Source: Candidatus Altimarinota bacterium (GTDB lineage Bacteria > Patescibacteriota > Gracilibacteria > BD1-5 > UBA6164). From it: DNA of 64,000 bases. Each line of letters opens with the position of its first letter. Positions within the stretch are counted from its first letter, which is position 1. The notes beneath the pieces were generated by a model that saw only the letters and a list, made by a program, of their open reading frames with translations, made no database searches and had not been told where the DNA came from. The stretch is from positions 4,052 to 68,051 of the forward strand of contig JAMONT010000083.1 of the NCBI GenBank assembly GCA_027066455.1, read 5' to 3'. Position numbers and translations under genes: made by a program. Shown in pieces: positions 34,083-44,852 of this stretch.

Positions 34083-34406
34083 ATGGCTACAAAAAAAGCA
34101 GAAGGAAGAATTAGAATTACAGTTAAAGCTTTTGATCATAGATTATTAGACTGAGCTGTTAAAAATATTATTTTAGTTGCTAAAGACTCTGGTGCTAGCA
34201 TTGCTGGTCCAATACCTCTTCCAACTAAAATTGATAAAATTACTGTTAATAGATCTACATTTGTAAATAAAGATGCTAGAGAACAGTTTGAAATTAGAAG
34301 ACACAAGAGATTGATTGATATTAAAGAATCAACTCCTAAAACTTTGGAATTATTACAAAAACTTAATATTCCAAATGGTATAGGTGTTTCTATAAAAGTT
34401 GGGTAG
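34083..34406 (+). CDS. rpsJ: 30S ribosomal protein S10
   Basis: MATKKAEGRIRITVKAFDHRLLDGAVKNII...GPIPLPTKIDKITVNRSTFVNKDAREQFEIRRHKRLIDI. Confidence 0.95.
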
Positions 34407-34443
34407 CCAACAATTAAAAATTTATTTAGTTAAAAATTAAAAG

Positions 34444-34641
34444 ATGTCTAGAGTATGTCAAGTAACTTGAAAAAAAACAAGTTTCTGAAATAATAGAAGT
34501 AAATCTTTAAGGGCTACTAAAAGAACTTTTAAACCAAATCTTTTTTACAAGAAAATAAAAGATCCTGAAACTGGTTTAGTTTTTAGAATTAGAGTTTCTG
34601 CTAAAGGTATTAGGACTTTAAGAAAACATTGAGTTATATAA
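34444..34641 (+). CDS. rpmB: 50S ribosomal protein L28
   Basis: [33 protein letters not shown]...VSAKGIRTLRKHG. Confidence 0.9.
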
Positions 34642-34707
34642 AAAATTATATAAATTCCCTTTAACCTCCTCTTTTTTGAGGAGGAAAAAATAAAGGAAAC
34701 TACTTTT

Positions 34708-34792
34708 GCCCGGATGGTGGAATTGGTAGACACGCAAGACTTAAAATCTTGTTTCTTCGGAAGTCCGGGTTCAATTCCCGGTCCGGGCACCA
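34708..34792 (+). tRNA. tRNA-Leu (TAA)
   Basis: Acceptor GCCCGGA/TCCGGGC, anticodon loop CTTAAAA, long variable arm, encoded CCA. Confidence 0.9.
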
Positions 34793-34832
34793 TTTAAAAA
34801 AATTAAAAAAATAATTTATAAAAAATAGAATA

Positions 34833-35072
34833 ATGTTAAAAATAAGATTATCAAGAGCAGGTAAAAGAAATATGCCGTTTTTTAAAATAGTATTAACTGA
34901 ACATACTAAAGCTGCTAAACACGGTTATAAAAAAGTATTAGGTTTTTTTAATCCTATATCTAAAGAATTTAAAATAAAAGATGTTGAAGAAGTTAAAAAA
35001 TATATTTCTAATTGAGCTCAATTTTCTCCTAGAATGAAAAAATTACTTGAAATGAATAATGTTACTATTTAG
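34833..35072 (+). CDS. rpsP: 30S ribosomal protein S16
   Basis: MLKIRLSRAGKRNMPFFKIVLTEHTKAAKHGYKKVLGFFNP... Track ORF extended through one TGA. Confidence 0.93.
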
Positions 35073-35141
35073 TAAATATTTTTAAGTACCTTCTTTAAAA
35101 AACATTTAAAGAAGGTTTTTTACCTTTTTAAATATAATATT

Positions 35142-35381
35142 ATGAATAATGAAGTAGAATTTTTACAATATGTTGTTGAAAATTTGGTAGAACATAAAGA
35201 TGATATACAAATAGAAAGAAAAGAAGATGAAATGTGAATTTTATTAACTTTAAAAGTAAATGAAGAAGATATGAAATATGTTATATGAAAGGCTGGAAAT
35301 GTAGTTAATTCTATAAGAAATTTGTTAAAAATTTTAGGTTTAAAAGCCCAAAAAAGAATTAATTTAAAAGTTGAATGATAG
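35142..35381 (+). CDS. KH-domain RNA-binding protein (YlqC/KhpA-like)
   Basis: ...ILLTLKVNEEDMKYVIGKAGNVVNSIRNLLKIL... with the GxxG motif. Follows rpsP, as is typical for this family. Confidence 0.8.
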
Positions 35382-35487
35382 TAAAAAAATATTTATATTA
35401 TCCAATATAATAAAAATTAAAATATAATATTTGATTTTTATTATTTTATCAATATAATATTTTTATTATTTTAATAAAAAAGAAAAT

Positions 35488-35940
35488 ATGTTTATAGAAA
35501 CAGTATCAGCATTATATCAAAATAGTGATGCTGAAGGTTGAGTTTTTGCATGAGCTATGGATTTTTGAGAGTTTATATTATTATGAATTTCTGTAGTTGT
35601 ATTTTTGTGATTTTTATTATCTGTAATTTTTATATTATGGTGAGGTTTACTTTTGATTTTATCAGGAGGTAAAGAAGAAAAAACAAAACCAGCTATTAAT
35701 ACTATAAGGTATGCAATTTTGTGAATTTTTATTACAGTTGGTGCTATTTTTATAGCTCCTATACTTTGAAATTTACTTTGAATGCCAGAAATTGCTAAGA
35801 AATATTTTAGTCCAACAGCAATTTATGAAAATATTAGAGCTTTAGGTGATAAAATGTTTAATTGAAATAATACAGCTCCTTGAAGTTCAGATATTTATGA
35901 TTGAAATGATAGGTCTAGTTTAAAAGATTTAGATTTCTAA
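35488..35940 (+). CDS. Small two-helix membrane protein (possibly T4SS pilin-like, TrbC/VirB2-type)
   Basis: Two hydrophobic helices separated by the charged loop SGGKEEKTKPAINTIRYA. 151 codons. The assignment is tentative. Confidence 0.45.
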
Positions 35941-36055
35941 AAAATCTAAAAAATTAATTTTTAAAGAAAAAAAGTAAAAAAAAAGTTTGACTTTTTAAAG
36001 ATAAAATATAAAATCCTTCTTGCTTATTTAAAAATATAAATAAGTAAGAAAATGT

Positions 36056-36130
36056 TCCTCCGTAGCTCAGTGGTAGAGTAGATGACTGTTAATCATTTGG
36101 TCCCTGGTTCGAATCCAGGTGGGGGAGCCA
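36056..36130 (+). tRNA. tRNA-Asn (GTT)
   Basis: Anticodon loop CTGTTAA, T-loop TTCGAAT, encoded CCA. Confidence 0.85.
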
Positions 36131-36201
36131 TAAAAAAATATATAAGGACTTATAACTTAGAAAAATAGAATTTCTATAATTTAAGTTACAAGTCCTTTTT
36201 T

Positions 36202-36290
36202 TGGAGAGATGGCTGAGTGGTCGAAAGCAACGGTCTTGAAAACCGTCGTATCGCAAGATACCCAGGGTTCGAATCCCTGTTTCTCCGCCA
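36202..36290 (+). tRNA. tRNA-Ser (TGA)
   Basis: Acceptor GGAGAGA/TTTCTCC, anticodon loop CTTGAAA, long variable arm, encoded CCA. Confidence 0.9.
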
Positions 36291-36331
36291 TTTTTAAAAA
36301 TTGGCTAAAATTTAAAAAATTAAAAAATATT

Positions 36332-36421
36332 GGAAAGGTGCCAGAGTGGTTGAACGGGCTCCCCTGCTAAGGGAGTGAACCTTTACGGGTTCCGTGGGTT
36401 CAAATCCCATCCTTTCCGCCA
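36332..36421 (+). tRNA. tRNA-Ser (GCT)
   Basis: Acceptor GGAAAGG/CCTTTCC, anticodon loop CTGCTAA, long variable arm, encoded CCA. Confidence 0.9.
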
Positions 36422-36442
36422 TTAAAAATTTTTCTTTTTTAA

Positions 36443-36518
36443 GGGCCTGTAGCTCAGGGGTTAGAGCAGTTGGCTCATAACCAATTGGTCGTTGGTTCAA
36501 TTCCAACCAGGCCCACCA
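36443..36518 (+). tRNA. tRNA with CAT anticodon (elongator Met or lysidine-modified Ile2; not initiator-like)
   Basis: Acceptor GGGCCTG/CAGGCCC with a paired 1:72, anticodon loop CTCATAA, no GGG/CCC anticodon stem, encoded CCA. Confidence 0.85.
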
Positions 36519-36531
36519 TAAAAAAAAACAA

Positions 36532-36565
36532 AAAAGCACTTAAAATTTTTTTTAAGTGCTTTTTA
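36532..36565 (+). terminator. Rho-independent terminator after the tRNA cluster
   Basis: AAAGCACTTAAAA-ttt-TTTTAAGTGCTTT followed by a T run. Confidence 0.65.
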
Positions 36566-36604
36566 TAATATTATTTTTTAGTATTATTTATCTAATTTTT
36601 TCCT

Positions 36605-37360
36605 ATGAAATCAGTATTTATATTAACTATTATTTGAAATGTAATTATTGCTACTTGAATTATATGAGTTGTTCTTGTAACAAAATTTTTTTTCAATAAA
36701 ATATCAAAATATTTAGAATATATTACAGCTCTTACAGTTTGATTATTATTTTGAATAATTTTTTTAGGTTTTATACCAAAACTTACTAATTCAAAAATAA
36801 CTTGAGAAGAATTAGGAGCTTTTATTTTAGTTTGAATATTTTTCTTTTATTTACTTGAATTATTTTTACATTGGCATCATTGTAAAGACTTAGAGCATAA
36901 ACAAACTTGTCATTCACATCATACAAATGAACATAAAAATTGATTTTTGATGTTTATATGAACTATAATACATAATTTTTTTCACTCTATAATTTTATTT
37001 TCAGCTTTTGCAGTTGATACTAGTTTTTGAATTGCTACAACGCTAGCTATTTTATTGCACTCTATTCCACAAAATATTGTTAATTACATAATGAATCATA
37101 ACAATATAAAATATGCTTATTATGCAGCATTTTGATGAATTTTATGAGCATTAGTAATTTATCCTTTTTCAGATTTTTTAGTAAATAACAAATTTTATAT
37201 TTTAGCAATTATTACTTGATGATTATTATATACTGCTTTAGCTGATATTTTCCCAGAATTTAAATGAAAATGAAGCTTTTTGAATAAAATTTCATATTTT
37301 GTTCTTATTATTTTTTGAGTTTTTATATTTTTATTATTTGAAAAAATATCACATATTTAA
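36605..37360 (+). CDS. ZIP-family divalent metal transporter
   Basis: 252 codons, multi-TM. His-rich loop HWHHCKDLEHKQTCHSHHTNEH, then IIHNFFHS and LLHSIPQN motifs. Confidence 0.75.
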
Positions 37361-37437
37361 AAAATATAAACAAAATTTTTGCAAAATAAAATATAGTGTG
37401 TTATTATTAATGTAATTATTTACTAATTACACAAAAA

Positions 37438-38139
37438 ATGGCTACTTTAAATAAAAACTATATATCTAGTAATAGATGAATTTACTTTGCTATTTTTTTA
37501 TTTATGATAATCATACTTTTTACAACTTGGTTATATTATCAAAATAATATTTTAGAAGAAAAAGCAAAATTTTTAAATAAAGAAATAAAAGATCGAGAAA
37601 TAATTTTAAAAACATTAAAGCAAAATGATGTTTTACAAGTATTCTCTCTATTAAAATCTAATATAAATACTTTTAAAAAACAAGAAAAATTATCTAATAT
37701 TCCTGTTTTAATTAATAAAATAAAAGAATTAGAAAGTGAATATAATTTAATTTTTACAAATTTTTCTTATTCTAAATGAATAGTTAATTTAAAAGTTGAA
37801 TCTGATCAACAGGACTTATGAGATGATCTAGCATCACAAAAGGTAACAAATTTTATTTGAGATTTTAGAACAAAAATAATTAAAGAAGAATCAGGAGAAA
37901 AAAGAACAATAAAAGCTCAAAAAGAAGAATTTGAACTAGATTTTATAAAAAGTTTTTCTTGAAATAAAAAAATTGGTTTTAATATTATCTTAAAAATAAA
38001 TCTTTCTAAATATGAATTAGAAAAAAAAGAAAAGATAGAAGAAATATTAGGAGTAAAAACAGTTACCTCTATAGAAGAAAAAATAAAAGCTCAAAATGAA
38101 AAAATAAAAGAAAATAAAGTAGAAGAAATAAAAAAATAA
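37438..38139 (+). CDS. PilN-like type IV pilus assembly protein (architecture-based)
   Basis: Short cytoplasmic N-terminus, single TM (IYFAIFLFMIIILFTTWLYY), coiled coil, then an alpha/beta region. Lies upstream of a PilO-like gene and pilC. Confidence 0.4.
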
Positions 38140-38249
38140 AAAATCTTTAGATGTTTTCCTTTGAAAGATAGGAAAATAAAAATAATTAGGAGTGTAAAGA
38201 AATTTTTAATTTCTAAATAGCTCAAACTTTATTTAATAAAAATTAAAAA

Positions 38250-38804
38250 ATGGAATTAGGATCAAAAAATATACTTACTTATTTTACATTACTTTTATGA
38301 CTTTTTATTTTGTTATTTTTTACAAAAAATTACTTTTTTGATTATGAACAAAATAAAAATAATTTGACAGAATTAAATACAGAAAATAATAAATTAGAAA
38401 GTGAAATTAATTCATTAAATAAAAATTTGAATGATTTAGAAAAAAATAAAAATGAAACTATAAAAAAAGAAGATTTAGATAAATATATTATTAATTTTAC
38501 TGAAAACAATTTTGTAGAGTATTTTTATTCTATATGAGAAGATTTTGAAATAGAAAAATTGGATATAGATAAATGAAAATTAGATAAAAATGGATTCATT
38601 AAGTGAAATATAAATATTTCTTTACAATTTTTAAATGAAGAAGAAATGAAAGAATTCTTGAATAGATTAATTGATAATGATAGTAAATATAAGTTTTATA
38701 TAGAAAACTTTGAATTTCCAATGTGAAAAATGTGAAATTGAAATAAAACAAAAATAAATATTTCTATGTATATTTATTATAAAAATAAAAGTATAAAAAA
38801 ATAA
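38250..38804 (+). CDS. PilO-like type IV pilus assembly protein (architecture-based)
   Basis: Single N-terminal TM, coiled coil (LTELNTENNKLESEINSLNKNLNDLEKN), C-terminal globular part. 185 codons. Confidence 0.4.
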
Positions 38805-38891
38805 TTTCCACTCCTTAAAAACCCTTTTTAGTAAGGAACAGAAAGAAATTTTTAATTTTAAAGGAGGTCTTAAAATATTTAAAAAAAAATT

Positions 38892-39989
38892 ATGTGAGAA
38901 AACAATAATAAAAAATCTGAAAAAAAACAATATTATTTGTCTAAAAAAGTATCAAATTTAGATAAATATATTTTTTATGAATATCTATCAATTATGCTTG
39001 ATTGATGAGTTTGAATTAATGAATCTTTAAAATCTGCCTGAAGAAGGTGAAAAAATCTCTACTTTAGGGAACAATTAGAAAGTCTATCAGTTTTTTTAAT
39101 GAGTTGAGATAGCTTAAATAAAGCAATGAGAAAATTACCAAGAATTTTTTCAAAATTTGAATATTCTTTAACAGAAGCTTGAGAAAGTTCTGGTACTTTA
39201 GTAAAATCTTTAGAAAATTTAGCTTATATTTATCAAAAAAAATATTTACTAAGAAAAAAATTAGTTTGAGCCTTGACTTATCCATTTATCATTTTTTTAG
39301 TTTTAGTTTCAGCTATTTTAGTTGTTATGGTTATGGTTATTCCTAAAATAAAATGACTTTTTGAAGAAGCTTGAATAGATTTTCCAATTTCAACTCAAAT
39401 GCTTATTTGAACAAGTGACTTTATTTCAGCTAATTTTATATATATAATATTTTTCTTTTTAGTTATTTGGTTTTTTATTTATTCATATAAATCAACATCT
39501 AGATGAAAATATGATTTTGAAATGTTACTTTTTTCAACTCCTTTAGTTTGAGAAGTTTATGTAAATTATGTATTAACCTGAATTTCCTCTAATTTGTGAA
39601 ATTTATTATCAAGTTGAGTTCCTATTATGAAAACCTTAAATTTGGTTTGAAAAGCTACAAATTCTATAGTTTATGAAGAGCTATTTGAAAAAATTACAAA
39701 AAAAGTTTCTCTTTGAGATAAAATAGTAGATTCTATGAGGGAAGTTGATAAAGAAGAAAAATTTTTTCCAAGTGATTTTTTACAAATGTTACAAGTTGGG
39801 GAAAAAACAGCTTCAATGTGAAAGATTTCAAGAAAAATGACAAACCAATATGAAAGAGAGGTAGATTTTTCTTTAGAAAATTTAACAAAATGGATAGAAC
39901 CAATTATGATTATGCTAGCTTGAACTTTTGTATTATGGTTTGCTTTTGCTATATTTTGAGCAATTTTAAAAATAACTGATACAGTATAA
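38892..39989 (+). CDS. pilC: Type IV pilus platform protein PilC (GspF family)
   Basis: 366 codons. ...YEYLSIMLDGGVGINESL... and ...NLLSSGVPIMKTLNLV...FPSDFLQMLQVGEKTASMGKI... are duplicated GspF-domain signatures with 3 TM segments. Confidence 0.85.
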
Positions 39990-40000
39990 AAAAATCAAAA

Positions 40001-40033
40001 AAAATATTTTACAATTTGTAAAATATTTTTTTT
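40001..40033. terminator. Bidirectional terminator-like palindrome
   Basis: AAAATATTTTACAA/TTTGTAAAATATTTT plus a T run, between convergent pilC and the 40055-40837 gene. Confidence 0.6.
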
Positions 40034-40054
40034 ATTAGTTTTTTAGATTTTTTT

Positions 40055-40837
40055 TTAAATCATAATACTTCCAGATTCCATTAATTTATATAAAATAGAA
40101 TTAGTATTTTTATAATTTCAGATAAAAAGTTTTCTTGCTTCTATAGTTTCAGCTTTTGAAATATTTCCAGAATGTCTTTTACTTCAAAGTAATTCAGATT
40201 TATTTAATTTTTCAAAATTTTTATAAAAATTATTAGAACTAAGTAAATATGAAATATCATCATACTTTCTTAAATATTTTTTAAAAAACTCTACATAATC
40301 TCATCAACTTCATCATTCATTTACTATTTTCATAAGTGCAAAAAGTCTTCAAGCACTTAAAATATATCATTTATTTACAACTAAATGTAAGGCTTTTTCA
40401 AGAGGTTCATTTATTCTAAGAATTGTTTGACCTTCTTTTTTTGCAAATTTTCTAAAATTTTTTGTGATAATATTTTCTATAAATAAATCAAGAATTTTGT
40501 GATAACCTCAAACTACAGAAAATCAATCTAAATCCATTTTTATAACATTTGCATAATTTATTTCACTTGTTATAAGAGCTTCAATAGTTCCATTTGGAGC
40601 ATTTAAAAGTAAAATTTCTCAAAAATATTCTATAATATTATCTTTTATATTTTCTTCCAAATTTTTATTTTTGTCTAATCATTCAACTTTTTCAATTGCA
40701 ATTTGGTCAATTTTATTTTTTACCTCTTTATGCATCCAGCTTTCAGCTACTTTTATTTTTTTTTCTAATATTCTTATTTTTTGCATTTCTGCTAAAAGCT
40801 TTTTTTTACATAAAGCTATTAATTCTGAATTTTCCAT
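40055..40837 (-). CDS. Hypothetical protein
   Basis: Track ORF 40679-40921 continued through TGA codons to TAA 40055-40057. Internal ATG 40837 (MENSELIAL...) is preferred because the upstream 28 codons are hydrophobic low-complexity sequence. Confidence 0.45.
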
Positions 40838-40972
40838 TTTTTTTTTTATTAAACTAAAGATAATTTCTATGATTTTACCATATTTTAAAAAAAATAACAA
40901 AAAAAATATTATTTTTTTCAAAAAAAGTATATAAATGTATAAAATTATTTATATTTGTGTTAAAAAATTATT

Positions 40973-42652
40973 ATGAAAAATATTTGGTTAAGAATTGTTG
41001 TTATTTTTATACTTGCTATTTGATGAATTGCATATATTGTTCCTTGGACTTCTTTGTGAATTAATCCAGGTTTTCAGACAGAAAATTTTAAATTAGGTTT
41101 AGATTTGAAATGATGAATTGAACTTGATTATAAAATAAATTTAGATCAAGTTAGAGATGATGTAGACTATAATAAGGAAAAAGAAAATTCTATAATTGAG
41201 CAATTAAAATTGATTGTTGATAAAAGAATTTCATCACTTGATATAAATGATTCAGTTATTACAACTGCTACTTATTGAGACCAAAAACATATTATTGTTC
41301 AAATCCCTTTAAAATGAAAAAGTTTGGAAGAAGATAAAGAAAATATAGAAAGAGTAAAAAAAGCTGTTTGAAAAGTAGTAAAAATAATGTTTAAAGAATT
41401 AAGAACAACTGAAATTACTCAAAAAGATTTTGAACAAAGAAAGCAAACAGCTGATAATATTTTAAAAGATTTAAAAATTTCTAAATATAGTTTTTTTGTT
41501 ACAGCTGACCAATACAGAGATTCTACTTATTGAGTTGAAAATTGAAATATTAATTTAACAAAAGAAATTTTAGAAAAAAATTTTTGATTAAAAAAGTTTG
41601 AAGTTTGAATAAAAAATAAAATTTTTACAAAAACAGGAAGTTTAGAAAATTTAGAAATTCCTAAAAAAGAATGATTTTTTATTTTTAATATAAAAAAAAT
41701 TGAAAAAGAAAATGTTAATTTAGATTTTGTTTTTGTAGATAAAACTCCTTCTGAATGGGTTCCAGCAAAAGATAGTGAATGAAATATTTTGGATGATAAA
41801 TATTTTGTAAAATCTTGAGTTTCAAAAACTGAAGCTTGAATTCCTCAAGTAGAATTAATTTTTAATAATAAATGAGGTGAAATTTTTTGAGAATTAACAA
41901 AAAGAGTTTCTAAAAGAGCTCCAGAAAATCAGATAGCAATATTTGTTTGATGAGAACTTTTAACATCTCCAAATGTTTCAGAGCCAATTTTAGGTTGAAG
42001 AGCTGTAATTACAGGAGATTACTCTGAAAAAGAAGCAAATGATTTAGCTAATAATATAAATACTTGAGTTATTCCTGCTCCTATTTATTTAACTTCAGAA
42101 AGAACAATTGATTCAAAATTAGGTTGACTTGCTTTAGAAAGTTTGATAAAAGCTTGAGCAGTTTGACTTGCAATAATATTTATTTTTTTAGTAATAATTT
42201 ATAGATTTGCTTGAATTATGGCTGGTTTATCATTAATTATTTATGTAATTTTTGTACTTGTAGTTATAAAATCTTTTTGAAATATTTTAACTCTAGCTTC
42301 TGTTGCAGGACTTATTTTATCTATTGGTATAGCTATTGATGCTAATATTTTGATTTTTGAAAGAATAAAAGATGAATTAAGAAATAATTTAAAACAAGAT
42401 AGAAAAAAATCTATACAAATCTGATTTGATAATTCTTGGTCAGCTATATGGGATTCTAATATTACAGGACTTATAATTTCTATAATTTTATTTATTTTTT
42501 GAGTAAATATGATTAAATGATTTGGTTTAATGTTAGGTATTTGAATAATTGTAAGTTTAATAACAGCAATGCGGGTAAGTAGAGTTTTGATTTTATCTAT
42601 TTGAAAAGATAAAATATCTACTAGTTCATTTATTGGTTTTAATAAAAAATAA
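40973..42652 (+). CDS. secD: Protein translocase subunit SecD
   Basis: 560 codons. N-terminal TM, periplasmic-type domain with LGLDLKGGIEL, and a C-terminal six-TM block ...[31 protein letters not shown]... No secF follows. Confidence 0.85.
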
Positions 42653-42664
42653 TTTTTATATTTT

Positions 42665-42982
42665 ATGGATAATAAAGAAAAAAAAATAAAAAAAATTTTA
42701 TTTGAAAATTTGGATAATAACAAATATTCTTATTTTTTATTTGGTTCTAGAGTTAAATGAAATTTTAATAAAAATTCTGATTATGATGTTTGAATTTTTT
42801 GAGAGAAAAAATTAGATTTGAGAAAATATGTTAGTTTGAAAAGAAAATTAAATGAACAAATAAATTATAATGTTGATTTAGTAGATTTTAATAGAGTATG
42901 AAATGATTTTAAAAAAATAGCATTTAAAAACATAAAAATATGGAACAATTGAAAAAATATAAAATTATTAGAAAAAAATTAG
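42665..42982 (+). CDS. Minimal nucleotidyltransferase (MNT) of an MNT/HEPN toxin-antitoxin pair
   Basis: LFGSRVKGNFNKNSDYDVGIF matches the GSx(n)DxD NTase motif, and the motif Gly is a TGA codon. With TGA=Gly the ORF runs to TAG 42980-42982 and overlaps the next gene by 43 nt. Confidence 0.7.
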
Positions 42983-43335
42983 TAAAAGCTTTTTCTAGGT
43001 TAGAAAATTCTTTAGAACAAGAATTAAATGAATATATTCAAGATAGTGTTATTCAAAGATTTGAATTTACATTTGAACTTTTATGGAAAACATTGAAAAT
43101 ATATCTTTTAATTCAAGGGTTTGATGAAAAAACTCCAAGATGAGTTTTGAAAAAATCTTTTGAAATATCTTTGATAGAAGATATAGATTTATTTATTGAT
43201 ATGATAGATATAAGAAATCTTACTAGCCATACTTATAATGAAGAATTAGCAGAAGATGTTTATGAATTTATAAAGAAAAACCATAAAGAAATATGAAAAG
43301 TAATAGAAAAATTAGTTAGTGATGATATAGATTAA
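42940..43335 (+). CDS. HEPN-domain protein (HI0074-like nucleotidyltransferase substrate-binding family)
   Basis: ...DSVIQRFEFTFELLWKTLK... and the Rx4-6H motif RNLTSH. Track ORF 42940-43143 extended through TGA. Confidence 0.75.
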
Positions 43336-43382
43336 AAAAAATTTACTTAAAATATTATTAATAAAAAATAATTTAAAAAAAT

Positions 43383-44096
43383 ATGGAAGATTTAAAAGAA
43401 GCAATAGTTAATTTTTTTGTAAATAATTATAACTATATAAACTCAAAAATAGATTTTACAGAAATATTAGAATTTATTTGAATAATAATTCTTTGAGTTG
43501 TTGCAGCAAGATGAATGTATTTATTTATTTTGTATTTATTTAAAAGATTTAGGTTAATAGAACTTATAGATAAATTACAAATAGATGTTTATCAGGAAGA
43601 AGAAGAGGAAAAAGTAGAAAAAAAAGAGAAGAAAAAAATAAGTGACAAAATAAAAATAAATGTTTTAGTTGCAAAAGCTATTTCATATTATATATTTTTA
43701 CTTTTTTTCAGATGGGCAATTCTAATAATTTGAATAACTCAAATAGAAAATTTTTTAAGTGATTTAATTAATTATTTACCAAATTTATTTGTATGAGTTG
43801 TGATTTTATTTTTTTGAATAAGATTTGCAAATTCAGCTTATGATATAGTTTACCACGCTCTTGATTTGGCAAAACAAGAAGATTCTGCTGAAATTGTTGC
43901 CTTTTGAGCAAAAATAACAATATTATTTTTTACTTTCACTTTAGCACTTGGTTATATAAAAATAGTTGATGAATTTATAATTAGAACTTTTTTTGTATGA
44001 TTTGTTTCACTTTTAGCAATAGCTTGAGGACTTGCTTTTTGACTTTGATGAAAAGATATTGCAAAATCACTTTTAGAAAATTTGAAGAAAAAATAA
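43383..44096 (+). CDS. Hypothetical membrane protein (conserved-TM-helix repeat type)
   Basis: 238 codons, four hydrophobic helices. Same frame as track ORF 43515-43733. Confidence 0.5.
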
Positions 44097-44134
44097 TTTA
44101 TTTTTTGAAATAAATTTTTATAAAAATAATATTT

Positions 44135-44842
44135 TTAAATTTTATCAAAACAAATTATATATTCTTCAAATGAAGAATCTCTACAAGCCAAAGGTTTATA
44201 AGTTTTATAGCTTTTAAATCTTTTTTTTATTTCTTTTTGTAAATCTCTAAAATCTTCTCAAACAAAAACTTTTAAAAGCATATTTCATCATTTTTTCAAA
44301 AAATTATCAGAAAATTTACAAATTTCTATATTTAATTCAACAGAAGCATATTGGTCAACATCTTTTCTCCCAGTTGTATTTGGAGCAATATCACTAGTTA
44401 TTAAATCAAATTGTTTTAATTCATATTTTTTTGTAGCCCCTTTCTCCCCAATAGGGAGAGAGGATTCAGGAGAGAGGGCTTTTATTTTTTCTCTTAATTT
44501 TTCAAAATCAAAAATATCACAAACAATAGTTTTTATATTTTTATTTCAAAAACTTTTTATTTCCTTTAAATCAACTCAAATAATAATTTTATTTTTTACA
44601 ATTTGACTAATTAATTGCAAAAAACTACCAGGAGCTGCTCATATATCTATTATATTCATTTCTGGTTTTATAAGTTCAAATCTTTTTTGAATTTCTTCTA
44701 ATTTATAAATACTTCTTGCTCTAAAACCAGCTTTTTGAGCTGCAATTGCATAAGCATCTTTTACAACAAATTGTCACTTTTTTGTATTTCTTTTTCTATG
44801 AAAACCAGTTTTTCCTTTTCCATTTTTTATATTTTTTTTCAT
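44135..44842 (-). CDS. rlmE: 23S rRNA 2'-O-ribose methyltransferase RlmE/FtsJ
   Basis: ...RARSIYKLEEIQKRFELIKPEMNIIDIGAAPGSFLQ...DLITSDIAPNTTGRKDVDQ...NMLLKVFVGEDF... 236 codons including a 17-aa insert encoded by a repeat element. Confidence 0.85.
44432..44478 (+). repeat. GC-rich palindromic element, consensus-like copy, in-frame inside rlmE
   Basis: tgtagcccctttctccccaatagggagagaggattcaggagagaggg. Read on the minus strand as ALSPESSLPIGEKGAT. Confidence 0.85.
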
Positions 44843-44852
44843 TTTTTTACAA

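Noticed and set aside
34665-34684. CCTCCTC-TTTTTT-GAGGAGG hairpin after rpmB as an intrinsic terminator
   Set aside because: It is followed by an A run rather than a U tract on the coding strand and is immediately upstream of tRNA-Leu. It was left unannotated.
34545-34793. 82-aa minus-strand ORF, and 36312-36539 minus-strand ORF
   Set aside because: Both run across tRNA genes (tRNA-Leu; tRNA-Ser and tRNA-CAT). Their GC-rich parts are the tRNA sequences.
32100-36530. Searched the two tRNA clusters for the tRNA-Gly(UCA) expected for code 25
   Set aside because: The seven tRNAs read as Asp, Ala, Leu, Asn, Ser, Ser and CAT. None has a TCA anticodon, so the decoder must lie outside this window.
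42241-42723. 160-aa minus-strand ORF
   Set aside because: Antisense to the conserved C-terminal membrane domain of secD.
42940-42982. The idea that the MNT/HEPN pair is a recent import from a standard-code donor, with TGA 42950 as a fossil stop
   Set aside because: The conserved NTase-motif glycine in the MNT gene is itself encoded by TGA, so the gene has long been translated under code 25.
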